A stretch of 64,000 nt of DNA, taken from contig CAIRNV010000437.1 of the NCBI GenBank assembly GCA_903880005.1, forward strand, positions 5,341-69,340. Direction: 5' to 3'. How positions within the stretch are numbered: position 1 is the stretch's first letter; the number at the start of each line of letters is the position of its first letter. A program made the position numbers and the translations under genes. Positions 39,696-47,666 of this stretch are shown in pieces. Below the pieces are notes generated by a model. That model did no database searches. It was given only the letters and a program-made list of their open reading frames with translations, and was not told where the DNA came from. This DNA is from an uncultured Verrucomicrobiota bacterium (lineage in GTDB: Bacteria > Verrucomicrobiota > Verrucomicrobiia > Limisphaerales > UBA9464).

Positions 39696-40520
39696 ATGCG
39701 GCTGGTGGTGAACGCGGACGACTTCGGTTCCTCGCCCGGCGCCAATGCGGCCATCCTGAGGGCGCATCGCGAGGGCATCCTGACGTCGGCGAGCCTGATG
39801 GTGTCGGGCGCCGCCGCCGGGGAGGCGGCCGACATGGCGCGTGCGAACCCCGGCCTGGGCGTGGGCCTGCACCTCGCCCTGGCGTGCGCCAGCCCGGTGC
39901 TGGACGCCTCGCGCATCCCCGGCCTCGTGGGGCGTGACGGCCGCCTCCCGGCGAGTCCCGTCGTGGCCGGCCTTCGCTTCTTCTTCCTGCCCGGCCTCCG
40001 GCGACAACTCGCCGAGGAGATCGAGGCGCAGGTCCGGAGGTTTTCCGAGCTCGGGCTGGCGCCGGGCCACATGGACGGTCATTGCAACATCCACCTGCAC
40101 CCGACGGTGCTGGGGGTGCTGCGGCGGAGGGCCGGTGCCTGGGGCATGCGCACGATGCGCCTCACGCGCGACCCGCTGCGGCTGAACCTCCGGCTGGACC
40201 GCGGGCGCTGGGCCTACCGGGTCAGCCATGCGCTGGTGTACCGGGTCTTGTGCGCCCTCGCGCGGCCCGCGCTCCGGCAGGCGGGTTTGCGGCACGTGGA
40301 CCGCGTCTTCGGGCTCCTCCAAAACGACCACCTGGACGAGGGTTACCTCCTTCGCCTCCTGCCGCGGCTCGGCCCCGGGGACTTCGAGGTGTACGGCCAT
40401 CCGGACGACGGACCGCACCGGCACGAGACGGACGCGTTGTGCAGCCCGCGCGTGCGACGGCTCGTGGGCGAGCTGGGGATCCGGTTGGTGCGTTACAGCG
40501 ACCTGGGAGGTCCCACGTGA
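39696..40520 (+). CDS. YdjC/ChbG/HpnK family carbohydrate deacetylase
   Basis: MRLVVNADDFGSSPGANAAILRAHREGILTSASLMV and GLHL...GHMDGHCNIHLHP are typical of the YdjC family. An alternative start lies at 39678. Confidence 0.8.
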   Translation: MRLVVNADDFGSSPGANAAILRAHREGILTSASLMVSGAAAGEAADMARANPGLGVGLHLALACASPVLDASRIPGLVGRDGRLPASPVVAGLRFFFLPGLRRQLAEEIEAQVRRFSELGLAPGHMDGHCNIHLHPTVLGVLRRRAGAWGMRTMRLTRDPLRLNLRLDRGRWAYRVSHALVYRVLCALARPALRQAGLRHVDRVFGLLQNDHLDEGYLLRLLPRLGPGDFEVYGHPDDGPHRHETDALCSPRVRRLVGELGIRLVRYSDLGGPT

Positions 40521-40583
40521 GAGGCCCCCGTTGCGCCGGCAATTTCCTCCCGATGAAATGGTTCCTGCAAAGCGAGTAAACCC

Positions 40584-41015
40584 ATGACGCGATTGGTGAT
40601 GGTCTTGTTGTTTGGTCTGGTGATGGAGGCCGTGGGGGTCGTCCTCATCAGCAAGGGGCAGAAGGAGCTGACGACGCGGTTCGAGCCGCGCGTGCAAGTG
40701 GTCCGGCAGATGGCACGCGAGGCGCTCACGAGCCCGGCCCTGCTCCTGGGCGTGGCCTTCGAGGCGGGCTTCTTCGGCTGCCTGCTGTTCCTGTTGTCGC
40801 GCTTCGACGTCAGCCTCGTCTGGCCGCTGACGTCGCTGTCGCTCGTCATCACGACGTTGACGGCGAGGATCGTTTTGCATGAGCAGGTCTCGGGCCTTCG
40901 GTGGGCGGGTGTTGGCTTCATCCTCTTCGGGGCGGCCATCGTCCTGTACACGGAGAAGCAACGTCCGTCCGCGCCGCCGCCGTCCGCGCCCCCGGCGTCT
41001 CCCGTCTCGCCATGA
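40584..41015 (+). CDS. small 4-TM EamA/SMR-like membrane protein (ArnE-like)
   Basis: 143 aa with four hydrophobic helices, single EamA-type half-transporter size, and a Pro/Ser/Ala tail. Confidence 0.55.
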   Translation: MTRLVMVLLFGLVMEAVGVVLISKGQKELTTRFEPRVQVVRQMAREALTSPALLLGVAFEAGFFGCLLFLLSRFDVSLVWPLTSLSLVITTLTARIVLHEQVSGLRWAGVGFILFGAAIVLYTEKQRPSAPPPSAPPASPVSP

Positions 41016-41079
41016 AGGCTGCCTTGGGGGCAAGGTCGTCGCGGAGGCGTCGTTGGAGGTGCATGAGCAAGGACCAATC

Positions 41080-41742
41080 ATGGAGATGACTTCGTTGCTG
41101 GGGGCATTCGCCGAGTGCGGCGTCGTCGCGGTTGTCACGCTGGACGACGCAGGCCGGGCCGAGCGGACGGCCGAGGCGTTGTTGGCGGGCGGGATCCACG
41201 CCGTGGAGCTGACGTTGCGGACCCCGGCCGGCATGGAGGCGCTGCGTCGGATGTGCCGGGCGTTCCCTGGGATGTGCGTGGGGGCGGGGACGGTGTTGCG
41301 GCCGGAGCAGGCGGCCGAGGCGCGCGACGCCGGGGCGCGGTTTGGCGTGGCGCCGGGCCTCAATCCAAGGGTGGTGACGGCGGCGCGCGAGATGGGGCTG
41401 CCCTTTGCGCCGGGGGTTTTTTCGCCGAGCGAGATCGAGGCCGCGTGCGAGCTGGGCTGCCGGGTGTTGAAGTACTTCCCGGCGTCGTTCGGAGGCGAGG
41501 CGACGCATTTCCAGACGGTGACCGCGCCCTACGCGCACCTGGGCCTGCGCTACATTCCCTTGGGGGGCGTGTCGCAGGCGACGGTCGGCGCGTTCCTGGC
41601 CCTGCCCGGCGTGGTGGCCGTGGGGGGGTCATGGCTCGCCCCGCGGGCCGCCATCGCCTCGGGCGACTGGGACGCGATCACCGCCAACGCCCGGGCGGCC
41701 CAGCAGGTCGCCGGGCTCACCCGGACGGCGCGCATGCCATGA
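41080..41742 (+). CDS. eda: 2-dehydro-3-deoxyphosphogluconate / 4-hydroxy-2-oxoglutarate aldolase
   Basis: VVAVVTLDD, ELTLRTPAG, GAGTVL, LKYFPA (Schiff-base Lys context) and PLGGV. Confidence 0.88.
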   Translation: MEMTSLLGAFAECGVVAVVTLDDAGRAERTAEALLAGGIHAVELTLRTPAGMEALRRMCRAFPGMCVGAGTVLRPEQAAEARDAGARFGVAPGLNPRVVTAAREMGLPFAPGVFSPSEIEAACELGCRVLKYFPASFGGEATHFQTVTAPYAHLGLRYIPLGGVSQATVGAFLALPGVVAVGGSWLAPRAAIASGDWDAITANARAAQQVAGLTRTARMP

Positions 41743-42821
41743 AGCCGGGCGTCCTGCTGGGTTTCGGCGAGATCATGGGCCGGATCTCGATGCCCGGGTA
41801 CCTTCGCCTTGGCCAGGCGATGCCCGGGCGCGTGGACGTGGACTTCGCGGGCGCCGAGGCCAACTCCTTGGCGTTGCTGGCGTCGCTGGGCCATGACGCA
41901 CGCCTGGTGACGGCCCTGCCGTCGAACGAGCTGGGCGACGCATGCATCGCGGCGTTGCGACATCGGGGCGTGGGGACGTCGGCGGTCGTCCGCACCGACG
42001 CCGGGCGCCTCGGCTTGTACTTCCTCGAAAAGGGGGCCGCCCAACGGCCGGGCAACGTCGTGTATGATCGCTCCGGAAGCTCCATCGCCCTGACCCCCGG
42101 CGAGGCCTATGGCTGGGAACGCCTGCTGGAGGGCGCTTCCTGGCTCCATCTCACCGGCATCACCTCGGCCCTTTCGGAGGTCGCATCCAACGCCAATGTC
42201 CTCGCCGCCCAAGCTGCCCGCAGCCGCGGCATCCCGGTTTCGTGCGACCTCAACCCGAGGTCGAAGCTGTGGCGTTGGCGTCCCGGGACTGCCCCGGAGG
42301 GCCTCGCGCGGGAGCAGATGCTCCGGCTGATCCCGCACGTCACCCACCTCGTCGGCGGGCCGGAAGACCTGGCGCTCATGCTGGGGGTTGCCGTGGACGA
42401 GGCACGCGATGGGATGGAATCGCGGGAGCTTTCCTGGGCACGGGCGGCCTGTGCTGCATTCCCATGGTTGGAGGCCGTGGGCATGACCCGCCGCCACGCG
42501 CCCAACGCGTCCGAACTCGAATGGTCCGGCTTCCTGCTCGATGCCCGGACCGGGCGGCATGACGAGGCTCCACGCGACGCCTCCGGCCGTCCCGTGTCGT
42601 ATCCCATTCGGCATGTGGTCGATCGAATTGGGACGGGGGATGCCTTCACGGCGGGGCTCATCCACGGATGGAGCACGGGGGCGGACCCTGCATGGGCCGT
42701 GGCGTTCGCGACGGCGGCGTCTTGCCTGGCGCATTCGGTGGAGGGCGACGCCTGCGTGGTTACCCGGGCCGAGATCGAGGCGCTCATGGCGGGCTCCGGC
42801 GGCGGTCGGGTTCGTCGGTGA
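41739..42821 (+). CDS. kdgK: 2-dehydro-3-deoxygluconokinase (PfkB family)
   Basis: FAGAEANSLALLASLG, LYFLEKGAAQRP, and DRIGTGDAFTAGLIHG (PfkB signature 2). ATGA overlap with the eda stop. Confidence 0.8.
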   Translation: MKPGVLLGFGEIMGRISMPGYLRLGQAMPGRVDVDFAGAEANSLALLASLGHDARLVTALPSNELGDACIAALRHRGVGTSAVVRTDAGRLGLYFLEKGAAQRPGNVVYDRSGSSIALTPGEAYGWERLLEGASWLHLTGITSALSEVASNANVLAAQAARSRGIPVSCDLNPRSKLWRWRPGTAPEGLAREQMLRLIPHVTHLVGGPEDLALMLGVAVDEARDGMESRELSWARAACAAFPWLEAVGMTRRHAPNASELEWSGFLLDARTGRHDEAPRDASGRPVSYPIRHVVDRIGTGDAFTAGLIHGWSTGADPAWAVAFATAASCLAHSVEGDACVVTRAEIEALMAGSGGGRVRR

Positions 42822-42869
42822 ACGGGCCGTTCCTTGGCGTTGAGGAAGACCGATGGCAGCATCGTCCCC

Positions 42870-45800
42870 ATGGGGCGTGCGAGATGGGAACGTCGCGTGG
42901 GTTGGGCGTCGCTGGGCCTGTGGGCCTCGCTGGGCGTCTCCCGTGCGGTGCTGGCGGACGTCCTCCCGGCACAGACGGCCGACCCCAGCCCGCCGGCGGC
43001 CGGATCCCGGAACGCCGTCGTGGAGCAGGCTCGTTCCAGGCTTTCGGTGGCTCCCGGCCTTCGCGTCGAGGCTTGGGCGACCGAGCCCCTCGTCCAGGAC
43101 ATCACGTCCATGGACTTCGATGGCTCGGGACGAGCCTACGTCGTGGAGACCGGCCGGCGCCGGACGAGCGTGTTCGACATCCGCAACTTCAAGGACTGGG
43201 TCGAGGATGACCTGGCGCTGCGGACGGTGGAGGACCGGGCCCGCTTCCTGACGGGCCAGCTCGCGACCAACGCCGCCTTCCGGGCCGCCGCCACCCGTGG
43301 CGGCCGCGGCGGCCTGCGCGACTTCAATGGCGACGGCGCGGTCGATGCGCGGGACCTGACGGTGGAATCCGAGCGGCTTCGCCTGGTATGGGACTCGGAC
43401 GGCGACGGAAGGGCGGACCGGTCCGAGGTGCTGGTGGATGGCCTGGATGGAATCACCAGCGGCGTGGCGGCGGGCGTCATGGTCGCGGGGAACGACGTCT
43501 GGATGGCGTGCATCCCGGACATTTGGAAATGGCGCGCCCCCGGGGCCAAGCCGGGGCGCATCGAGAAGGGCAGTCCCTTGCTCACGGGCTTTGGGGTCCA
43601 CGTGGCCTACGGAGGGCATGACCTGCACGGGCTGACGCCGGGCCCGGACGGACGGGTGTACTTTACCATCGCGGACCGAGGCGCCGCCGTGCCTGTGCCT
43701 GGCAACGCCACCGTCAGCGAGCCGGACACGGGCGCCGTGTACCGGTGCGAGCCCGACGGCAGCCAGCTGGAGGTGTTCGCCCGCGGGCTCCGCAACCCGC
43801 AGGAGCTGGCCTTCGACGACCTGGGCAACCTTTGGACTGGCGACAACAACGGCGACGGCGGCGACAAGGCACGGTGGACGTTGGTGCTGCCGGGGTCGGA
43901 CCACCGTTGGACCATCGGGTGGCAATGGCTGCCCGGGATGGGGGCATGGAACTCGGAGCGCCTGTGGCACACGCGGGAGTCAAACACGGCGTTGCATGGG
44001 TTGCCTCCGGTGGCGCACGTGGGGCATGGCCCGGCGGGCATCGCGTTCTACCCGGGCACGGGCCTTGGCGAACGCTTCACGGGCTCGTTCCTGATGGCGG
44101 ACTTCCCGGGTGGCATCCGGCATTTTCGGGTGGAGCCGGACGGCGCGTTCTACCGCGTCGCGCGCGCCGGGTCGTGGATGGAGGACAACCGGCCCGAGTC
44201 CATGGAGGGCAAGCTGCTGTGGGGGTTGTCGCCGGTGGACGTGGCGTTTCCGCCCGATGGCGGCGTGGTCGTGGCCGACTGGGTGGAGGGCTGGGAAAAG
44301 ACCGGCAAGGGCCGTCTCTGGCGTGTTGTGGATCCGGCCTTGGCGGGCGACCCGACGGTGGCCTCGACGGCGCGCGCGTTGGCGGGCCGGCTCGAGGATG
44401 TGGAGTCGGCCTTGGGCGCCATGGCGCACCCGGACTTGCGCGTGCGGCAGAAGGCGCAGCTCTACCTTGCGTCGCTCGGCGGGGATGCCTGGGACGCGTT
44501 GGCGGAGGCGGCGGGGCGCGGGTTGAACTCGTTCCAACGACGCCATGCGCTGCGGGCGCTCGCGCAGATGGCCCGCGAGGACCGCAGCCCGCATCGGTGG
44601 GCGGACGAACTCGCGGGCTTGATGCGCTTGCTGGACGACGCCGACCCCGCCGTGGCGGTGGAGACCTGCCGGCTCCTGGGCGAGGCGCGGTTCGTCTCGG
44701 CGGACGCCCGGCTGAGAAGGGCCTTCGTGCATCCCAACCCGCGGGTGGCGGCGGCCGCGATCCTCGCGCATGCGCAATTGTTCCGGGCCATCGCGGGGAT
44801 GCAGCCGGTGGGATCCGGACCCGGCCTCCCTGGGGCGGGGCCGCGGTTTCGGGCCAGCGCCATCCCTTCGTTGATCGACGCCCTGCCCGGGTTCATGAGG
44901 AAGTGGCTAGGGGGGCCGACCCAAGCGTGGTCGATGACGTGGCCGTTGCCCGAGCTCGCGTCGGCCTTGGCCTCGGCGGGCGGGCCGGCCGGCCGGGCCG
45001 ACCCGGTCATCCGGCACGCGGCGGTCCAGCATGTGGTGGCGATGTGGCATGCGTCGGGCAAGAGCTTGTTCCCAGGCATCACCCCGTTGCTACGGCATCC
45101 GGACCCGGCCGTCCGCGGGGTGGTGTTGCTGGCGTATCGCGAGCTGCGGTTGCCGGAGGTGGCGGGTTTCCTGGACGACGGCGACCCATGGCTGTCCCTG
45201 GAGGCCGCCCGCGCGGTGCACGACCTTGGGATCGAGCCCGGCTACCGAGACCTCATCCAACACCTGGACACGGGCCTTCCCAAGGGTGCCTCCGCCGCGA
45301 TGAAGGCCGCAGAGCCGGGCCGCTACCCGTTCAGCGATTTGGAGTGGAGGACCTTTTACCTGAGGAGAGCGGTGAACGCCGCCTTCCGGCGTGGAACGAG
45401 GGAGGACCTCGCGACGTTGGCGCGGACGGCGGCAAACGGGGAATTGCCCGAGGTGGTGCGGGTCGAGGCGGTTCAGTCCCTCCGGAATTGGCCGGTGCCA
45501 CCGCGGAAGGACGGGGTCACCGGCCTGGCCGTGGCATGGGCCGCCCGTGACGAGGCGGGGCCGCGCGGCGCCTTGATGGACGCGTGGCAAGGATGCACGG
45601 GGCCAGGGGCTCCCGAAGGCTTGGTGGTGGCGGCCGTGGAGGCGGCGAGGCGGCTCGCGCTGCCGGGGCTGGACCGGCGGTTGGAACCGCTGGCGACCCA
45701 TCCCTCGGCGACGGTCCGAAACGTCGTCTCGCCCGGGATTCCTGCCGCACGGCCCGGCGACGACCGCCTCGTCGGGGCCCAGCCGTCCGACGCGACGGAC

Positions 45801-46223
45801 CTGCTGACCGGAGGGGATGGCGTGCGCGGCGAGCGGTGGTTTGCGGAGAAGGCGGACTGGGGCTGCCAACGCTGCCACAAGCTTCGTGGGAACGGGGGGG
45901 ATGTCGGGCCCGAGTTGACAGGGGTTGGGCGGAGGGTGGGACGCGAGCAGTTGCTGGAGTCGATCCTGCATCCAAACCGGCGCATCGCGGCCGGTTACGA
46001 GACCGTGGTGCTGACCTTGGACGATGGCGAGACACGTGCGGGGATCGTGCGGGACGAACGGGATGGAATGGTGCGATTGCAGACCGCCTCCGAGGGGGAG
46101 TTGTTGATCCCGGCGACGCGGATTCGCGGGAGGGATCGAGCGGCCTCCGCGATGCCGGAGGGTCTCGGGGAGTTGATGACCCGAGGAGAGCTGCGGGACT
46201 TGATCGAGGCATTGAGCCGGTAG
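42870..46223 (+). CDS. PVC-type heme-binding protein (membrane-bound-dehydrogenase-like beta-propeller + HEAT repeats + C-terminal cytochrome c domain)
   Basis: Signal peptide; GLRNPQELAFDDLGNLWTGDNNGDGGD propeller-like blades; HEAT-like HPDLRVRQKAQLYL and HPDPAVR; C-terminal CQRCHKLRGNGGDVGPELTGVG...ESILHPN. The ORF-track start at 42834 is a TTG. Confidence 0.8.
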   Translation: MGRARWERRVGWASLGLWASLGVSRAVLADVLPAQTADPSPPAAGSRNAVVEQARSRLSVAPGLRVEAWATEPLVQDITSMDFDGSGRAYVVETGRRRTSVFDIRNFKDWVEDDLALRTVEDRARFLTGQLATNAAFRAAATRGGRGGLRDFNGDGAVDARDLTVESERLRLVWDSDGDGRADRSEVLVDGLDGITSGVAAGVMVAGNDVWMACIPDIWKWRAPGAKPGRIEKGSPLLTGFGVHVAYGGHDLHGLTPGPDGRVYFTIADRGAAVPVPGNATVSEPDTGAVYRCEPDGSQLEVFARGLRNPQELAFDDLGNLWTGDNNGDGGDKARWTLVLPGSDHRWTIGWQWLPGMGAWNSERLWHTRESNTALHGLPPVAHVGHGPAGIAFYPGTGLGERFTGSFLMADFPGGIRHFRVEPDGAFYRVARAGSWMEDNRPESMEGKLLWGLSPVDVAFPPDGGVVVADWVEGWEKTGKGRLWRVVDPALAGDPTVASTARALAGRLEDVESALGAMAHPDLRVRQKAQLYLASLGGDAWDALAEAAGRGLNSFQRRHALRALAQMAREDRSPHRWADELAGLMRLLDDADPAVAVETCRLLGEARFVSADARLRRAFVHPNPRVAAAAILAHAQLFRAIAGMQPVGSGPGLPGAGPRFRASAIPSLIDALPGFMRKWLGGPTQAWSMTWPLPELASALASAGGPAGRADPVIRHAAVQHVVAMWHASGKSLFPGITPLLRHPDPAVRGVVLLAYRELRLPEVAGFLDDGDPWLSLEAARAVHDLGIEPGYRDLIQHLDTGLPKGASAAMKAAEPGRYPFSDLEWRTFYLRRAVNAAFRRGTREDLATLARTAANGELPEVVRVEAVQSLRNWPVPPRKDGVTGLAVAWAARDEAGPRGALMDAWQGCTGPGAPEGLVVAAVEAARRLALPGLDRRLEPLATHPSATVRNVVSPGIPAARPGDDRLVGAQPSDATDLLTGGDGVRGERWFAEKADWGCQRCHKLRGNGGDVGPELTGVGRRVGREQLLESILHPNRRIAAGYETVVLTLDDGETRAGIVRDERDGMVRLQTASEGELLIPATRIRGRDRAASAMPEGLGELMTRGELRDLIEALSR

Positions 46224-46271
46224 GTCAGGTCCACGGCGCGGTGGGCGGGTTCATAGAGACCATTTTGGCGT

Positions 46272-46300
46272 TTGACACCCTACGAAGCTCTCCATAGAAC
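46272..46300 (+). promoter_or_regulatory. candidate sigma-70-type promoter upstream of the export locus
   Basis: ttgaca (46272-46277), a 17-nt spacer, then tagaac (46295-46300), in an AT-richer intergenic stretch about 60 nt upstream of the ATG at 46359. The promoter consensus for this phylum is not well established. Confidence 0.3.
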
Positions 46301-46358
46301 GTGTAAACGCTCTCAGCATCGTGCTCGTGTTTGCCTTGGGCGAAATTGTAAATCGCGT

Positions 46359-47591
46359 ATGAACAAGACCTTGAAGACCGCTTCCATCGTGACCGCCGGG
46401 GTTGTTTTTTCCTCCATGTCGGCCCTCGCCATCGAAGGCGGGGCGAAGTGGTACAACCTGTCGGCGGGACTTCGTGGCTTCTACGACGACAACATCTTCA
46501 CCGGTAACAACAAGGTGGACTTGGATGGCGACGGGAAGGCGGATCGCCGCAAGTTCGACAGCTTGGGCTTTGAGTTCACCCCGGGCGTGCGGTTCTCGGT
46601 CCCCTTGGAGCAGACCACGCTCTCGGCCGGGTACACCTACGGCATCCGCTACTTCGCGGATCGTCCCGGCACGAGCTACGATCAATTCCACCTCGCCGAC
46701 GTGCAGGCCAACCACCGTTTTAGCGACAACTACCGTGTCACCGTGGCCGATCGTTTCGCGGATGCCCAAGAGCCGGCCCAGGCGCTGGGCTCGCCGGGGG
46801 CTCCTTCGAGCCAGTTGCTGCGCGCCGAGGGTAACAACATCAACAACGTTGCCTCGGTGGATTTCACGGCCCAGTTGACGCCGCTTTGGTCCTCCGTCCT
46901 AGGCTATCGCAACTCGTACTTCGACTACAATGCCGCGCAGTTCGAGGGGCTTAACCGCCTCGAAAACCTCCCCTCGCTCGGGGTTCGGTACCAGTGGACG
47001 CCGACGACCGTGGTGTCGGGCAACTACCAGTTCGGCGACATCAATTATTCCAAGTACGATGCCCGTGATTCCCAAGCCCACTACGCGTTCCTTGGCTTGG
47101 ACCAATCCATCACGGCCCGATTGACCGCGTCGGTGCGAGTCGGTGGACAGATGATCAATTGGGTCAATTCCGACCTGGCGGGCCGTTCGAGCGCCTCCAA
47201 TCCGTATGCGGACGCGAGCCTGACCTATGCGTATGCGGAGGCGAGCAACGCCCAGTTGGGTGTGCGCCATGGTCGTAATGCCACGGACGTGATTGCCGCA
47301 CTCGACCAGCAATCGACGATGGTGTACGCCTCCGTGAACCATCAAATCACGGGTGACCTTCGTGGTTCCCTCACGGGCCAGTTCCAGAACGCCAGCTTCG
47401 TGGGTGGATCGTCTTCCTTGGTGGATGGGCTATCTGAGACGCTGGCCTCCGTGGGCGTGACGCTGAACTACCGCATCAACGCCTATCTGTCGGCCGAGAC
47501 GTCCTACTTCTTCGATCGGCTGTCCTCCGACCTCATCCTGCGTGACTTCACGCGCAATCGCGTGTTCGTGGGCTTCCGGGCGGTTTACTGA
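46359..47591 (+). CDS. outer-membrane beta-barrel protein (polysaccharide-export-associated porin candidate)
   Basis: Signal peptide MNKTLKTASIVTAGVVFSSMSALA, alternating-hydrophobicity strands rich in Y/G/N, and a C-terminal VFVGFRAVY with an aromatic end. Confidence 0.75.
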   Translation: MNKTLKTASIVTAGVVFSSMSALAIEGGAKWYNLSAGLRGFYDDNIFTGNNKVDLDGDGKADRRKFDSLGFEFTPGVRFSVPLEQTTLSAGYTYGIRYFADRPGTSYDQFHLADVQANHRFSDNYRVTVADRFADAQEPAQALGSPGAPSSQLLRAEGNNINNVASVDFTAQLTPLWSSVLGYRNSYFDYNAAQFEGLNRLENLPSLGVRYQWTPTTVVSGNYQFGDINYSKYDARDSQAHYAFLGLDQSITARLTASVRVGGQMINWVNSDLAGRSSASNPYADASLTYAYAEASNAQLGVRHGRNATDVIAALDQQSTMVYASVNHQITGDLRGSLTGQFQNASFVGGSSSLVDGLSETLASVGVTLNYRINAYLSAETSYFFDRLSSDLILRDFTRNRVFVGFRAVY

Positions 47592-47626
47592 GCCACGTTT
47601 TGCTGAGCCTGCCTTGATTTTCATTT

Positions 47627-47661
47627 GGGGGGCCGGAAGCAATTCCGCCTCCCTTTTTTTT
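47627..47661 (+). terminator. intrinsic terminator-like hairpin + T8 tract between the beta-barrel gene and the tyrosine kinase gene
   Basis: ggggggccggaa gcaa ttccgcctccc (about 11-bp stem with one mismatch and one G-U pair) followed by tttttttt. It ends 5 nt before the ATG at 47667. Confidence 0.65.
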
Positions 47662-47666
47662 AACGG

